The notes beneath the pieces are model-generated. The model worked only from the letters and a program-made list of their open reading frames with translations, made no database searches and was not told the DNA's origin. Position numbers and translations under genes: made by a program. A DNA stretch of 64,000 nt. Source: an uncultured Gammaproteobacteria bacterium (lineage in GTDB: Bacteria > Patescibacteriota > Microgenomatia > UBA10105 > UBA927). The stretch lies in NCBI GenBank assembly GCA_964629685.1, contig CAZVTT010000001.1, forward strand, positions 17,877 through 81,876, given 5' to 3'. This document shows, one piece after another, positions 34,194-44,228 of this stretch; the first letter of the stretch is position 1; every line of letters begins with the position of its first letter.

Positions 34194-34535
34194 TTAATTA
34201 GACAGTTTACTTAACTCGCTGGCAAGCGTTTCTTTGCTCTGTAGCCCGATAAATTGTTTTACGACTGTTCCGTTTTTAAAAATCATAATCGTCGGAATAG
34301 ACATCACGCCGAATTTCTGTGCCATGTTGGGATTTTCATCCACGTTCAATTTTCCTATCACGGCTTTCCCGGCGTACGTTTTAGCCAATTCATCCACAAT
34401 CGGCCCTTGCACCTGACACGGTGTACACCAAACCGCCCAGAAGTCGACCAGCACCGGTTTATCATTTTGTAACACCTCTTTTTCAAAGTTTTGATCGGTA
34501 ATTACTACATCTGCCATACATGCTCCTTTCACCAA
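34194..34535 (-). CDS. trxA: thioredoxin
   Basis: VLVDFWAVWCTPCQ active-site motif (WCxPC), about 110 aa. Confidence 0.9.
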   Translation of the reverse strand: MVKGACMADVVITDQNFEKEVLQNDKPVLVDFWAVWCTPCQVQGPIVDELAKTYAGKAVIGKLNVDENPNMAQKFGVMSIPTIMIFKNGTVVKQFIGLQSKETLASELSKLSN

Positions 34536-34682
34536 AAATGCTTATATACCATAAACCCGATTTTCTTAACTGTCAATGATAGTAACGGGTGAATTTGCTA
34601 AACGGATTACCTCATAATATCCGGGAAAGCAATCCGCTGATTGTCTTCGACTTACGCAGCAATTTAACAGTTTAACAAAAAT

Positions 34683-35225
34683 CTATTCCATCGTCTGTTC
34701 GGGGCCGTAATCACGATAATAATCGATAAAATCGCTTAGTTCCCTGTCATTAAATGTATGCCAAACTTCCATATGTCGCCAGGCGGTAGCAACAATATGC
34801 GCCTGCAAACTGCTGCGGGGAATAACTATCAATTTATGCAATCGTTTTCGGTTTGCCAAGTCCGTCAGTTGTTGCTGTAATTTACGACACGAATCGTCTT
34901 CCCATACTGCGCAGGTATAATAAATAATCACATACCCATGTTCCAATGAATGCAGTAATTCCCCATCGCTCCGTGGTTCGGAATAAATTCCGGAATTCAC
35001 CCAGGTTAGTACGTGCGGGCCGGAAGTTGGCGGACTGCTGTTGTACCCGAACGATGCCACAACTTCTGCCGATACGTGTTCCTGTCCCTGATCGGAATAT
35101 GAAATTCCCGGTTTCGGTACGGAAACATAGTGACCAAAAATGATACCGATTCCCAAGACAAAAGTAATAAGTATTATCTTCCACATACCCGTAGTATGGT
35201 AACGCCTATACCGGTTTCTAAACAC
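34683..35225 (-). CDS. membrane-anchored DUF3105-like protein, hypothetical
   Basis: N-terminal TM; conserved HSLEHGYVIIYY-type block. Confidence 0.35.
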   Translation of the reverse strand: MFRNRYRRYHTTGMWKIILITFVLGIGIIFGHYVSVPKPGISYSDQGQEHVSAEVVASFGYNSSPPTSGPHVLTWVNSGIYSEPRSDGELLHSLEHGYVIIYYTCAVWEDDSCRKLQQQLTDLANRKRLHKLIVIPRSSLQAHIVATAWRHMEVWHTFNDRELSDFIDYYRDYGPEQTME

Positions 35226-35351
35226 CTCGCAATCATGTCTTTTGTCAGAATCATAAAAATAGACTATTTTATTTATTCGATAAAATAAGTTAATTCTTTA
35301 ATTTTCGAATAATATTTGTATACACATATATTGTCCGGAAATATCGGGAAA

Positions 35352-36062
35352 CTACGCGGCCTGAGCAAAATGCTGCATCACAGCCTCCACCGTGGTATCC
35401 GAAATGGCGTGCGTAAGGCTTGCTACCCTCATTACATTTGGGTGTAGCGTTAACTCTTCATGTGAATACAGCAACCCATTTGTCAGATCCTGAAGTAACA
35501 CCACAAACACCCGTTCCCTATCGACTTCCGCAACGGCAAAAGCATCCGGAGGATTATCTTCAAAGTGTACGACATAAGCGGTATCCCGCAACACTTCACG
35601 AATCCCGCCCGCTTTACTGAGATGCGGATCTATTCCGTCGGGACGAAATACTGATTTTTCACGATCAAACATGGTATCTACACCTGCATTCCGCAATCCT
35701 TCCCAGGTGGTCTGTACCCAACTGGGGTGAAACAGGCGCGCGGTATTAAACACCATACGGTGATCCGATACTCCCAATTGCTCCAAATGCGGATGCATTA
35801 AATTGGGCCAAATACGCATGAGCAACGGAATATTAGGTGCCGGCGGCTCCATTTTTACATAGAATAATGCGGCCTTTTCGAATGGGGTTAATTCCCGCCC
35901 GGTACTTACCCGGACAACTTCTGTTTCAGGTGAGGATATTCCGAACCCGGTCTTCCGCATAACGGATTCTATAGACGAAGCAACGTGTACCGGAATCTGA
36001 GAAAAAATTACCCCGTCCAAATCAAAAGAACTCGTAAAGAATGGCCGATGTTCAGCTGTCAT
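35352..36062 (-). CDS. HAD-superfamily-like hydrolase, putative
   Basis: Motif I FDLDGVIF; candidate motif IV FEDNPPD. Weak. Confidence 0.35.
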   Translation of the reverse strand: MTAEHRPFFTSSFDLDGVIFSQIPVHVASSIESVMRKTGFGISSPETEVVRVSTGRELTPFEKAALFYVKMEPPAPNIPLLMRIWPNLMHPHLEQLGVSDHRMVFNTARLFHPSWVQTTWEGLRNAGVDTMFDREKSVFRPDGIDPHLSKAGGIREVLRDTAYVVHFEDNPPDAFAVAEVDRERVFVVLLQDLTNGLLYSHEELTLHPNVMRVASLTHAISDTTVEAVMQHFAQAA

Positions 36063-36191
36063 AATGTATTCTTGATTACATTTAACGGTAGTATACAGAA
36101 TTACTGGCTAAATTCAATCATTTAGGCCTTTATAATAATCCATTTACCGTTACTGCAGATCTGGTGATATAATCACATAATCGGAGTATTT

Positions 36192-36620
36192 ATGAGAATA
36201 TTTTTTGGCGGTCCGCTTACGGACCTCACACATAAAGACGCAACCAAAGAGTTTTATAAGAAACTGGCAGACGTCGCTACTGCCAACGGCTGTGAATATT
36301 ATTGGGCATTTATGCGGGGTACGGATCCGGAAGAAAATCCCGATGTGCCTGCATCACGTGTTTATCAAATTGATACCTACGAATTAGAAAAAAGTGACGT
36401 CATGATTGCCTATGTCGGTGAACCATCAACCGGTACGGGTCAGGAAATAGAGTATGCCCGGGATAGAAATATTCCGGTGTATTTACTGTTTGAAAAAGAT
36501 AAACGGATAAGCCGCATGCTGCTCGGTGCGCCGAATGTAAAGGGTACCCTAGAATTTTCCGACGAAGCGGATGCACTCGCACAACTTGATACTCTTCTTA
36601 AAACGCTAAAGGCTGCGTAA
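36192..36620 (+). CDS. nucleoside 2-deoxyribosyltransferase-like protein
   Basis: MRIFFGGPL N-terminus and conserved ...GTGQEIEYA block typical of PF05014. Confidence 0.55.
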   Translation: MRIFFGGPLTDLTHKDATKEFYKKLADVATANGCEYYWAFMRGTDPEENPDVPASRVYQIDTYELEKSDVMIAYVGEPSTGTGQEIEYARDRNIPVYLLFEKDKRISRMLLGAPNVKGTLEFSDEADALAQLDTLLKTLKAA

Positions 36621-36625
36621 GTTTA

Positions 36626-37102
36626 CTATTGTCCTTCAGCAACTTTTGGGGTAACAATTCCGGTAGTACGCTGAATGAACCCCAGGACGCCTTCAACAAA
36701 CGCATACGCCCCTTTTGCCATGCCAAAATCGCGTAACTGAGATCGAAATCCATCAAATGTTTTTACAAATCGCCGCATTTCCGGATCAACTGTAGCGCCG
36801 CCCACGATGGCGTGCGTAGTTACCGTTTTCGTTTCGGTACTTCCGTCAATTTCCGTCACGGTAACGGTTGTCGTGGCACCGTCCGGAGAAACAAAAGTCC
36901 TGGTCTCACTTGGGAGAGTATCCGCTTCAGGGTTCTCTGTAAATTCAGCCTCCGCAACAGTCGTATCTCCCTGCACCATTCCATGTTCAGATGGAGACCG
37001 CCAAAACGGCAGAATAGTACCGACTAATAACACTATCAGCAGTATCCCCCACGCTGCAGTCAAACGCGAAAAAAAATGATTATTAGAGGCAGGTGTAATC
37101 AT
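36626..37102 (-). CDS. secreted Thr-rich hypothetical protein
   Basis: N-terminal TM/signal; Thr/Val-rich low-complexity middle. Confidence 0.4.
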   Translation of the reverse strand: MITPASNNHFFSRLTAAWGILLIVLLVGTILPFWRSPSEHGMVQGDTTVAEAEFTENPEADTLPSETRTFVSPDGATTTVTVTEIDGSTETKTVTTHAIVGGATVDPEMRRFVKTFDGFRSQLRDFGMAKGAYAFVEGVLGFIQRTTGIVTPKVAEGQ

Positions 37103-37136
37103 GGATACTAAAACTAGATTAACATAAATTAAGACA

Positions 37137-38111
37137 TTACTTAGCTCTATAAGGAGCTAACAAAAACCGTAAGAACTCAACTTTAGGACGAATAACGTTT
37201 CCTTCCGAATCGTATTTTATTTGAGCTTTCTGCGGCATTAAACCCACGGAATATATTCCGTAATAATCTCGATTTATATCTGGGAAACCTGCATTGCATG
37301 AATCGTCAGCTTCAAAATCGTAATAATACCGACCTGTTAATTCTGATTCTACCCCGGTTTTTTCTGAATAATACCGAATATCAAATTGAGTTCGGATCTT
37401 TCCCCGACCACTTAAGTACGTTGATACTGTTAACATTACTGGCATATCAACACTTACTGAATCGTGCTTAGGTAAAAAATTTTCAGTAACCGAGCTTACT
37501 CTTTTCATAGTCGTGCAACCATCGGCATTTCGAAACAGTCGTATTGAGCGTCTATCCTGACCTCCGAACTCCCACCTAAACCATTGATTATAGTATATAT
37601 TCAGATTTACAAACAGGCTCTCTCTGGGAATAAATTCTATCGAGAAAACCGAGCTTCCTAAACACGCAGACTTGTATACAAACCGTGCGTCACGCTTACG
37701 TGGAGAAATAGGCAAGGTCGCTATACTACCAATGAATAATAGACTCGACAAATCGTCCCAATTTTCCGATGTAATCGGTAACCAATCTTTCGTGTAACAA
37801 CTATTCCGTAAGTCCGAAATTAACCCATCCGATTGAGACAGACTGCTACTGTCAGTCTCTCCATTTACTTCGCCGATCATATTCCCGGGTGCTGGTGTTG
37901 ACTCTATGCCATTCGTAGGTTCGTTTTTGGTATTACCAAGTAGATAAAGTTCTTTAGCAGCTAATAAATTGGGAGCAAAAACGATTAACAGTAAAACTAA
38001 CGAAACTATTCCAACGATAAATACACCTATGGGTTTTTTACAAAGCGAAGTAATTTTCCTTTGTAATAAACGTTTTGGAACTTTGAAGGGGTCGGTGTCG
38101 GGCGGGCTCAT
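37137..38111 (-). CDS. membrane-anchored hypothetical protein (324 aa)
   Basis: Single N-terminal TM; no recognised domain; AT-rich codon usage. Confidence 0.45.
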   Translation of the reverse strand: MSPPDTDPFKVPKRLLQRKITSLCKKPIGVFIVGIVSLVLLLIVFAPNLLAAKELYLLGNTKNEPTNGIESTPAPGNMIGEVNGETDSSSLSQSDGLISDLRNSCYTKDWLPITSENWDDLSSLLFIGSIATLPISPRKRDARFVYKSACLGSSVFSIEFIPRESLFVNLNIYYNQWFRWEFGGQDRRSIRLFRNADGCTTMKRVSSVTENFLPKHDSVSVDMPVMLTVSTYLSGRGKIRTQFDIRYYSEKTGVESELTGRYYYDFEADDSCNAGFPDINRDYYGIYSVGLMPQKAQIKYDSEGNVIRPKVEFLRFLLAPYRAK

Positions 38112-38116
38112 AAAGG

Positions 38117-38920
38117 TTACATAATTGCCTCTGCGGTGTAAGTCACTCCATTTTTTTCTACAGAAGCGCCTTTCTTAATGTCCAATAGGATATCACCCAA
38201 TTCAGAATTTGCCCCGTATACCTTACCCACAAGGTTTTTACCTTTGTAATCATATGGGACTATCATCACCACTTTATAAATAATCCCACCATTTTTTTCT
38301 TTTACTAACAGTAACATTTTTTTGTTAATGTTTATTTTTTTGTCGAAATGATTATCGTCCTGAATTAACATCTGATTGATATAGCTACTCAAATCACTGT
38401 ATTCAAAAGTATGTTCATTACCTTTTGATTCCCGTAATAACCTTGAATAATAATTCTTTAACACGTTCGCAAATGCCATGGTGGTGTAGTAGTATTCCTT
38501 TTCGGCTATTGGAGATACAGTGTCCTGGAGCAATTCGACCATCGCATCGAGTAGTTTTACATTTTCAACAGTGGCCTCTTCGGTAATAAGAGTTACAAAT
38601 ACCGATCGAATGGAATCAATTTTATCAGCAACCGACGCCGGAATATCTTTCGAATTTGCTCGTTCTAAGAAGGCAGTAGATTCCTTCCTGAAAAAACTGA
38701 GTATTTCCGTATACTTTGGACTCTTTTTTTCTAATGCTTCCTGAATTTCATCAGTTAACCATTGTTCTCCTGCTTTCTCAGCAAGCCTAGACAATGTATT
38801 AATATGAACTAAAACTGCAATTGGATCCTTAGTTTTTGTAATGAAAACAACTTTTTTATCAGTAAGACTTCCTACTACATTCGACAATTGATCTCGTAAT
38901 TCTCGCATTCCCATTTTCAT
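38117..38920 (-). CDS. hypothetical protein (267 aa)
   Basis: ORF in an AT-rich stretch; no motif recognised. Confidence 0.45.
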   Translation of the reverse strand: MKMGMRELRDQLSNVVGSLTDKKVVFITKTKDPIAVLVHINTLSRLAEKAGEQWLTDEIQEALEKKSPKYTEILSFFRKESTAFLERANSKDIPASVADKIDSIRSVFVTLITEEATVENVKLLDAMVELLQDTVSPIAEKEYYYTTMAFANVLKNYYSRLLRESKGNEHTFEYSDLSSYINQMLIQDDNHFDKKININKKMLLLVKEKNGGIIYKVVMIVPYDYKGKNLVGKVYGANSELGDILLDIKKGASVEKNGVTYTAEAIM

Positions 38921-38974
38921 GTAAACAAGTGTACCATAATAAGTATAGATTTACAATGTACATATGTGTACTCA

Positions 38975-39814
38975 TTAATTAATTTCAAACACCACCGGGT
39001 AATGATCGGAAGCGGTATCAAACACTCCTCCCCGTGGTACATGTACGTCAGTCAAATACAGATCAGGAGTATGATACACGTAATCTATTCGGAATAATGA
39101 TGATGGCACCCATATGGGAAAGTCTTCCAACTGTTTTGTCGGAAAAGTTTTATGTTCTGCATGAGTAGCACTTACAAATCCCGCCGCTTCCAACAGTCGC
39201 AACGGTTCCCAATATTCCCGTTCTCCCAAAAAATTCCGCAGCGTAGGATGCAGCGCTTGCAGACGAAGGAATAAAGATCCAATCTTAGACATATATCCAT
39301 AGTCTTGAATAGCAATAGTATTCATATCTCCCATAATAATAGTTTTTTGTCTTGAGGCTATTTTTACCAATGCGGAAATCTGGGCGGCTCGGGTTTTCCA
39401 ACGGATATCATCAAGATATACCACATAAATGGACACTGTTCCCTGCGGCGTCGGTGTAGTTATCTTTAAGCAATTTCTATTATCCAGCCGTACTGTTTCA
39501 AACGTAGTTCCCGCTACGGACGTTACCGCGGCTATTCCGTTATCGGACGAATCTGCCATAAGTCGCGAGTCTTCCAGAGCAATACTAGCGGCTCGGTGAT
39601 ATCCAAATAGGTCTGCTACTTGCGCTTCCCCATATATGTCCTTCCAACGGAACGTATCTATAAGCCCCACCGTGTTTGCATTGAGTTTGCTTATCGCCTG
39701 TCGGAGCAAAGACAACCGCTCGGGAGTTTTTGATATGCGATTATATCGTTCAAATCCCCCGGCCATAATGTTGTACACGGCAAATTTCATATCGGTTAAC
39801 AGTACATCAACCAT
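38975..39814 (-). CDS. endonuclease/exonuclease/phosphatase (EEP) family protein
   Basis: N-terminal ...VYNIMAG..., C-terminal SDHYPVVFEI catalytic His motif. Confidence 0.7.
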   Translation of the reverse strand: MVDVLLTDMKFAVYNIMAGGFERYNRISKTPERLSLLRQAISKLNANTVGLIDTFRWKDIYGEAQVADLFGYHRAASIALEDSRLMADSSDNGIAAVTSVAGTTFETVRLDNRNCLKITTPTPQGTVSIYVVYLDDIRWKTRAAQISALVKIASRQKTIIMGDMNTIAIQDYGYMSKIGSLFLRLQALHPTLRNFLGEREYWEPLRLLEAAGFVSATHAEHKTFPTKQLEDFPIWVPSSLFRIDYVYHTPDLYLTDVHVPRGGVFDTASDHYPVVFEIN

Positions 39815-39892
39815 TTAATCATACCGGCGATACAACCACCAAGAGAAACCGGAAGGAAATTTAAAGAAGGGAATGAAACGAAGTCATCAGTG

Positions 39893-40582
39893 TTATTTTT
39901 TTACTTCAGACTCCAGTTTCTTTTGATCATGAACAATCAGAAGCCGTCCACGATAGCTGATCAGTTCTTTGCGCAGCAACTCTTCTACCTGTAAACTCGC
40001 AGTTTCCCTGGTAGATCCGATCCAGGCGGCAATTTCTCTGTGTGTTAAATGCAACACTATTCCCTTCCCCTGGGGATCAGTTTCGGCAAAGTTAGTACAG
40101 TAATAAATAAGGAGTTTAACTGTTTTAATGTATGCCGATTCCAATACTAAATCTTCCATCCGTTTCAATAGTCCGCTCGCTCCGCACAACAATCGGCTGG
40201 TTAAGTCATAGAGTACTTCCGGATGTATCTTCATCATCTGCATCACTTCAGCTCTGGGCGCACGGAATAATTCAACAGGAGTCATGGCTTCAAAGGTATA
40301 TCTGTTCGGCGTATCGTTAATTGCCCATGTCATGGGGAAAAATGAACCGGGTTTAAACACGTGCATGACGAGCATTTCACCTGTTTCCGTCACGTTTACC
40401 TGACGCACAAATCCTTGAGTAAGATAAAAAATACCGGGAGGAGGATCTTCAGCACGCACAATCACTTCTCCACGTTTATACCGTAGTTTCGTAAATGCCG
40501 AAAAAAAAGTATCGAGTACACCGCGCAGCGGTTTTTCTGAATCGCTCTTCATAATAAATTCATGAGGTCGTACGCTTCTCAC
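39893..40582 (-). CDS. Crp/Fnr family transcriptional regulator
   Basis: cNMP-binding beta-roll (GEVIVRAEDPPPGIFYLTQGFV) and C-terminal HTH (LTHREIAAWIGSTRETASLQVEEL). Confidence 0.75.
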   Translation of the reverse strand: MRSVRPHEFIMKSDSEKPLRGVLDTFFSAFTKLRYKRGEVIVRAEDPPPGIFYLTQGFVRQVNVTETGEMLVMHVFKPGSFFPMTWAINDTPNRYTFEAMTPVELFRAPRAEVMQMMKIHPEVLYDLTSRLLCGASGLLKRMEDLVLESAYIKTVKLLIYYCTNFAETDPQGKGIVLHLTHREIAAWIGSTRETASLQVEELLRKELISYRGRLLIVHDQKKLESEVKK

Positions 40583-40632
40583 TATACAAATTTCTCACGT
40601 TTCTTCTGTAATGTATCGTACATAACACAAGA

Positions 40633-41106
40633 ATGAAAGATCCGATACTGCATCCACCTATGAAAAATTCAGCCATTTTTTCACCGAAACTGCTTAACCG
40701 GTTTATTTTCATACTAGCCATTGCCGGTATACTCATGGCTGCCTACGTGAGCCAGAGCTTTCTGCGGCAATCGTCTATATTGTGCGTAAATAGTGGCTGT
40801 GAGCTGGTCCGGAAAAACCCGGCAAGTTATATTTTTGGTATTCCCGTACCCGTATTTGGCTTAATCGGTTACACGGGTATTGCCATACTCTCATTCCTCC
40901 GTACCACCACATCTTCCCCCATCCTATTACGGGGGATTGTCGGAATGGCCACGTTCGGAGTATTATTTGTAAGCTGGTTCACATTTACTGAGATTACCGT
41001 TATCAAAGCAGTGTGCACCTGGTGTGCAATCTCGGCTATTGCCATGGGACTGATTTTCAGTTGCAGTATCATTAGTCTACGAAAAGAAAGGAAGCCTTCT
41101 GTCTAA
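40633..41106 (+). CDS. vitamin K epoxide reductase (VKOR) family membrane protein
   Basis: Loop Cys pair (CVNSGC) and TM CxxC (CTWC) in a 4-5 TM protein. Confidence 0.7.
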   Translation: MKDPILHPPMKNSAIFSPKLLNRFIFILAIAGILMAAYVSQSFLRQSSILCVNSGCELVRKNPASYIFGIPVPVFGLIGYTGIAILSFLRTTTSSPILLRGIVGMATFGVLFVSWFTFTEITVIKAVCTWCAISAIAMGLIFSCSIISLRKERKPSV

Positions 41107-41149
41107 GTCCGCTATTTGCCGCACAATTCGGCAAGGTGGAGCAGAAGCA

Positions 41150-41782
41150 ATGTATATGAAATTAAGCACAGAATCTAAACTGCTCCTCGCCATGGTTGTC
41201 GGCACAATCGCCATTGTCGGAATAGCGATCGTCGCCTTTTCCCGACCGGCAGCTACCTATACCCGTGCGGATATGATTCCGGCTACAGCCCAAATACGCG
41301 GTAACAAAGACGCAAAAGTATACCTGGTAGAATTTTCGGATTTTCAATGCCCCGCCTGTGCGGGTTTTGCTCCCCTGGTGGAAGATATTGTTAAACAAAA
41401 TACCGATAATCTCACGTTCGTATACCGCCATTTCCCGTTAGACCAACATCCGTTTGCAGAACGCATGGCAATAGCTGCAGAAGCAGCCGGACGCCAGGGT
41501 AAATTTTGGGAGATGGGAATACTCTTATTTAATAACCAGGAAAATATGAGCGATGATACTATTACGCAACTTGCCAGCGACTTGAAATTAAATATGGATC
41601 AATTTGCCAAAGATCGCGCGGATTCGGCAATCAAAGACATAGTATTAGCGGATAAAGCGGCAGGAATGAGGTTCGGCGTTGATGCTACGCCGACATTCTA
41701 CCTGAATGGCCAAAAACTCACCCTGACTACCCAAGCCGACCTAAAGGCACAAGTCGAAGCGGCCATAAAACAAAATCAATAA
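41150..41782 (+). CDS. DsbA-like thiol:disulfide oxidoreductase (thioredoxin fold)
   Basis: FSDFQCPACAGF CxxC; signal-anchor N-terminus. Confidence 0.75.
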   Translation: MYMKLSTESKLLLAMVVGTIAIVGIAIVAFSRPAATYTRADMIPATAQIRGNKDAKVYLVEFSDFQCPACAGFAPLVEDIVKQNTDNLTFVYRHFPLDQHPFAERMAIAAEAAGRQGKFWEMGILLFNNQENMSDDTITQLASDLKLNMDQFAKDRADSAIKDIVLADKAAGMRFGVDATPTFYLNGQKLTLTTQADLKAQVEAAIKQNQ

Positions 41783-41857
41783 TCAGCATACCGTCTTCCG
41801 TTCCACCGCACTACTGGTGTATGCTAATCCTATAATCGTTTGTGAGGGAGGTCCATC

Positions 41858-42619
41858 ATGTTTGATTTATCCGGAAAAGTTGCTCTGGTAACAGGAGCCA
41901 GCAGTGGCATCGGCCGTGCCTGTGTCGTTGCGCTAGCAAAACAGGGAGCAAAAGTGGCGGCAGCAGCTCGTCGGATGGATAAACTGGCTGTACTCGCAGA
42001 TGAATTAACACAGAAAGGCCATGAAGTAATTCCGGTCCCCATGGATGTTACCAAGCTGGAGGAAATTACTGAAGGTGTCAGCCAGGTTGCATCCCATTTC
42101 GGCCGTATAGACATTCTGGTAAACAACGCAGGCATAGGAGCAGCTAAACCATCATTGGAAATGACGGAAGCTGATTGGGATACGGTATTGGATACGAACC
42201 TTAAAGGCTATTTTTTTGTTGCACAAGCGGCTGCTAAGGAAATGGTCAAAAACCGTTGGGGTAGAATAATAAATATTACTTCAATTTTAAGCGGTGGAGT
42301 CGGCTCCGGATTTCCCCAAGTCCCCCACTATTGTGCCAGCAAAGGTGGGATTGTGGCGTTAACGGAATCGCTGGCGCTTGAATTTGCCTCACAAGGAATA
42401 CTGGTTAATGCTATCGGTCCCGGGTTTATAGATACGGATATGACTATGCAAATAAAAGAAAATCCCACCATGTTTCAGTCGCTGCTCAACCGGATAGCAC
42501 TAAAGCGTTTCGGCCGCCCCGACGAAATCGCTTCACTCGTAACGTTTTTAGCCAGTGAAGAAGCCAGCTACATCACCGGTGTCACCATCTACGCGGACGG
42601 TGGGTGGACAGCCGCATAA
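41858..42619 (+). CDS. SDR family oxidoreductase (FabG-like)
   Basis: TGASSGIGRA cofactor motif; NNAG; catalytic YCASK. Confidence 0.85.
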   Translation: MFDLSGKVALVTGASSGIGRACVVALAKQGAKVAAAARRMDKLAVLADELTQKGHEVIPVPMDVTKLEEITEGVSQVASHFGRIDILVNNAGIGAAKPSLEMTEADWDTVLDTNLKGYFFVAQAAAKEMVKNRWGRIINITSILSGGVGSGFPQVPHYCASKGGIVALTESLALEFASQGILVNAIGPGFIDTDMTMQIKENPTMFQSLLNRIALKRFGRPDEIASLVTFLASEEASYITGVTIYADGGWTAA

Positions 42620-42622
42620 CAT

Positions 42623-43336
42623 ATGAATGTTTCGTCGAAAGCCAGTAACGTATACATCACATATATCAATGGTCTTCGACTCATCAGTAAACACTACCGG
42701 ATTCCGGCAGTCGGTTTAGGATTAACACTATTTATCCAGCTTACCGATGCATTTCCGTATTTTGTCTGGCTAGGTGTACTGGTAGGCATATATCAGACTA
42801 TATACACCTTTGCCTTGCCAAAATTACTTGATCTGGCGGAAACGACAGGGCTAACGGGAAATGACATACTCTACATTCCCCTTACAATTCTTCGCCGGAC
42901 GTGGCTACAGGGGATACTCCTTTTCGGTGTAACAATGATTCTTGTCTTCTCGTTTGTTGTTTTCGCGAAATCTACGAATGTTTTTCTTTCCGACGGAGCA
43001 GTACTGCTCCTGCTTATCGGTATTAGCGGCTGCGCCGCCTGTTTAGCCTATACACCTGTATTTGTGTCACTCTTTGAACAATCGTTGCTGAGCGGAATTC
43101 GTCTAAGTATAAAATACGCCATTCGTCACAAGTATATGACCGGCATATTTTTTGTCATCACGGTACTGGCTATGATTCCTGCTGCGTTCGGTATAACTTC
43201 CCGTATTTGGCTCATATTCCAACAGATTGTCATCCAATTCATCGCGTATGTACTTACCGCTAGTGCCTACATATATATCACGCAGAATTCAGATACTCGC
43301 CAATCTCCCACTGTTCCATCAAACGGCAAACATTGA
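42623..43336 (+). CDS. polytopic membrane protein, hypothetical
   Basis: 237 aa, about 6 hydrophobic helices. Confidence 0.45.
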   Translation: MNVSSKASNVYITYINGLRLISKHYRIPAVGLGLTLFIQLTDAFPYFVWLGVLVGIYQTIYTFALPKLLDLAETTGLTGNDILYIPLTILRRTWLQGILLFGVTMILVFSFVVFAKSTNVFLSDGAVLLLLIGISGCAACLAYTPVFVSLFEQSLLSGIRLSIKYAIRHKYMTGIFFVITVLAMIPAAFGITSRIWLIFQQIVIQFIAYVLTASAYIYITQNSDTRQSPTVPSNGKH

Positions 43337-43345
43337 CAACAATTT

Positions 43346-44224
43346 TTGGCACCCATATACTTTGCCAAATACATGTCAAAATCAAAAAAATCTCTACCGA
43401 CTGACCATCACCTTACTCCTATTCGCGTCCCCACCAACGACAATCCACTATTAAGAAAAACACTTGGGCTGATTAATTCCCACGAAGAAATAAAAACACT
43501 ATGGAAAGTATTAAACGTTAACGCCATTGACCGCTTAGGGATGACGGATCACGGTCCGGTCCATTTCCAAATCGTAGCCAATATCGGATTGCGCCTTACC
43601 CGCATTCTGGCGAAAAATAACATCGAAATGTCCATCACGAAAAACTTTCAGCTTTCACACGAATATGCCGAACTGGTTGTTTTACTAGCCTGTCTGCTGC
43701 ATGATTTGGGGATGTCCATTAATCGTGCCGGACATGAAGAATTCAGCATCATTTTAGCCAATACGCTCCTCCGCGAAATACTTGATTTTCTCCCTATAAC
43801 CGAACGAACCATCGTCATATCCGAAACACTGCATGCCATTATCAGCCATAGGCGCAACGGACATCCCATTACCGTCGAAGGCGGAATTGTTCGGGTAGCA
43901 GATGCACTGGATATGAGTCAGGGTCGATCACGTATTCCCTACGAAGCAGGTGCTGTCGATATTCACTCATTGTCTGCTTATGCCATAGAAAACGTCGAAA
44001 TAACCGAAGGTACTAACACACCAATTCAGATTACTATCCAGATGAATAATTCGTCGGGTATATTTCAGGTTGATGAACTACTCAGAGAAAAACTGACAGG
44101 TTCCGGCATAGAACGGTATATTGCCGTCAAAGCACAAGTCAAAGGTAAGACTGAAAAAAAACTGCTTAAGGAATTTACTATCAGTATGAGTCAGGCAGAA
44201 AAACCCAGGATAACCTCGGAGTAA
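43346..44224 (+). CDS. HD-domain phosphohydrolase
   Basis: H...HD pattern (HGPVHFQ...LLHDLGM...H). Confidence 0.6.
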   Translation: MAPIYFAKYMSKSKKSLPTDHHLTPIRVPTNDNPLLRKTLGLINSHEEIKTLWKVLNVNAIDRLGMTDHGPVHFQIVANIGLRLTRILAKNNIEMSITKNFQLSHEYAELVVLLACLLHDLGMSINRAGHEEFSIILANTLLREILDFLPITERTIVISETLHAIISHRRNGHPITVEGGIVRVADALDMSQGRSRIPYEAGAVDIHSLSAYAIENVEITEGTNTPIQITIQMNNSSGIFQVDELLREKLTGSGIERYIAVKAQVKGKTEKKLLKEFTISMSQAEKPRITSE

Positions 44225-44228
44225 CCGT

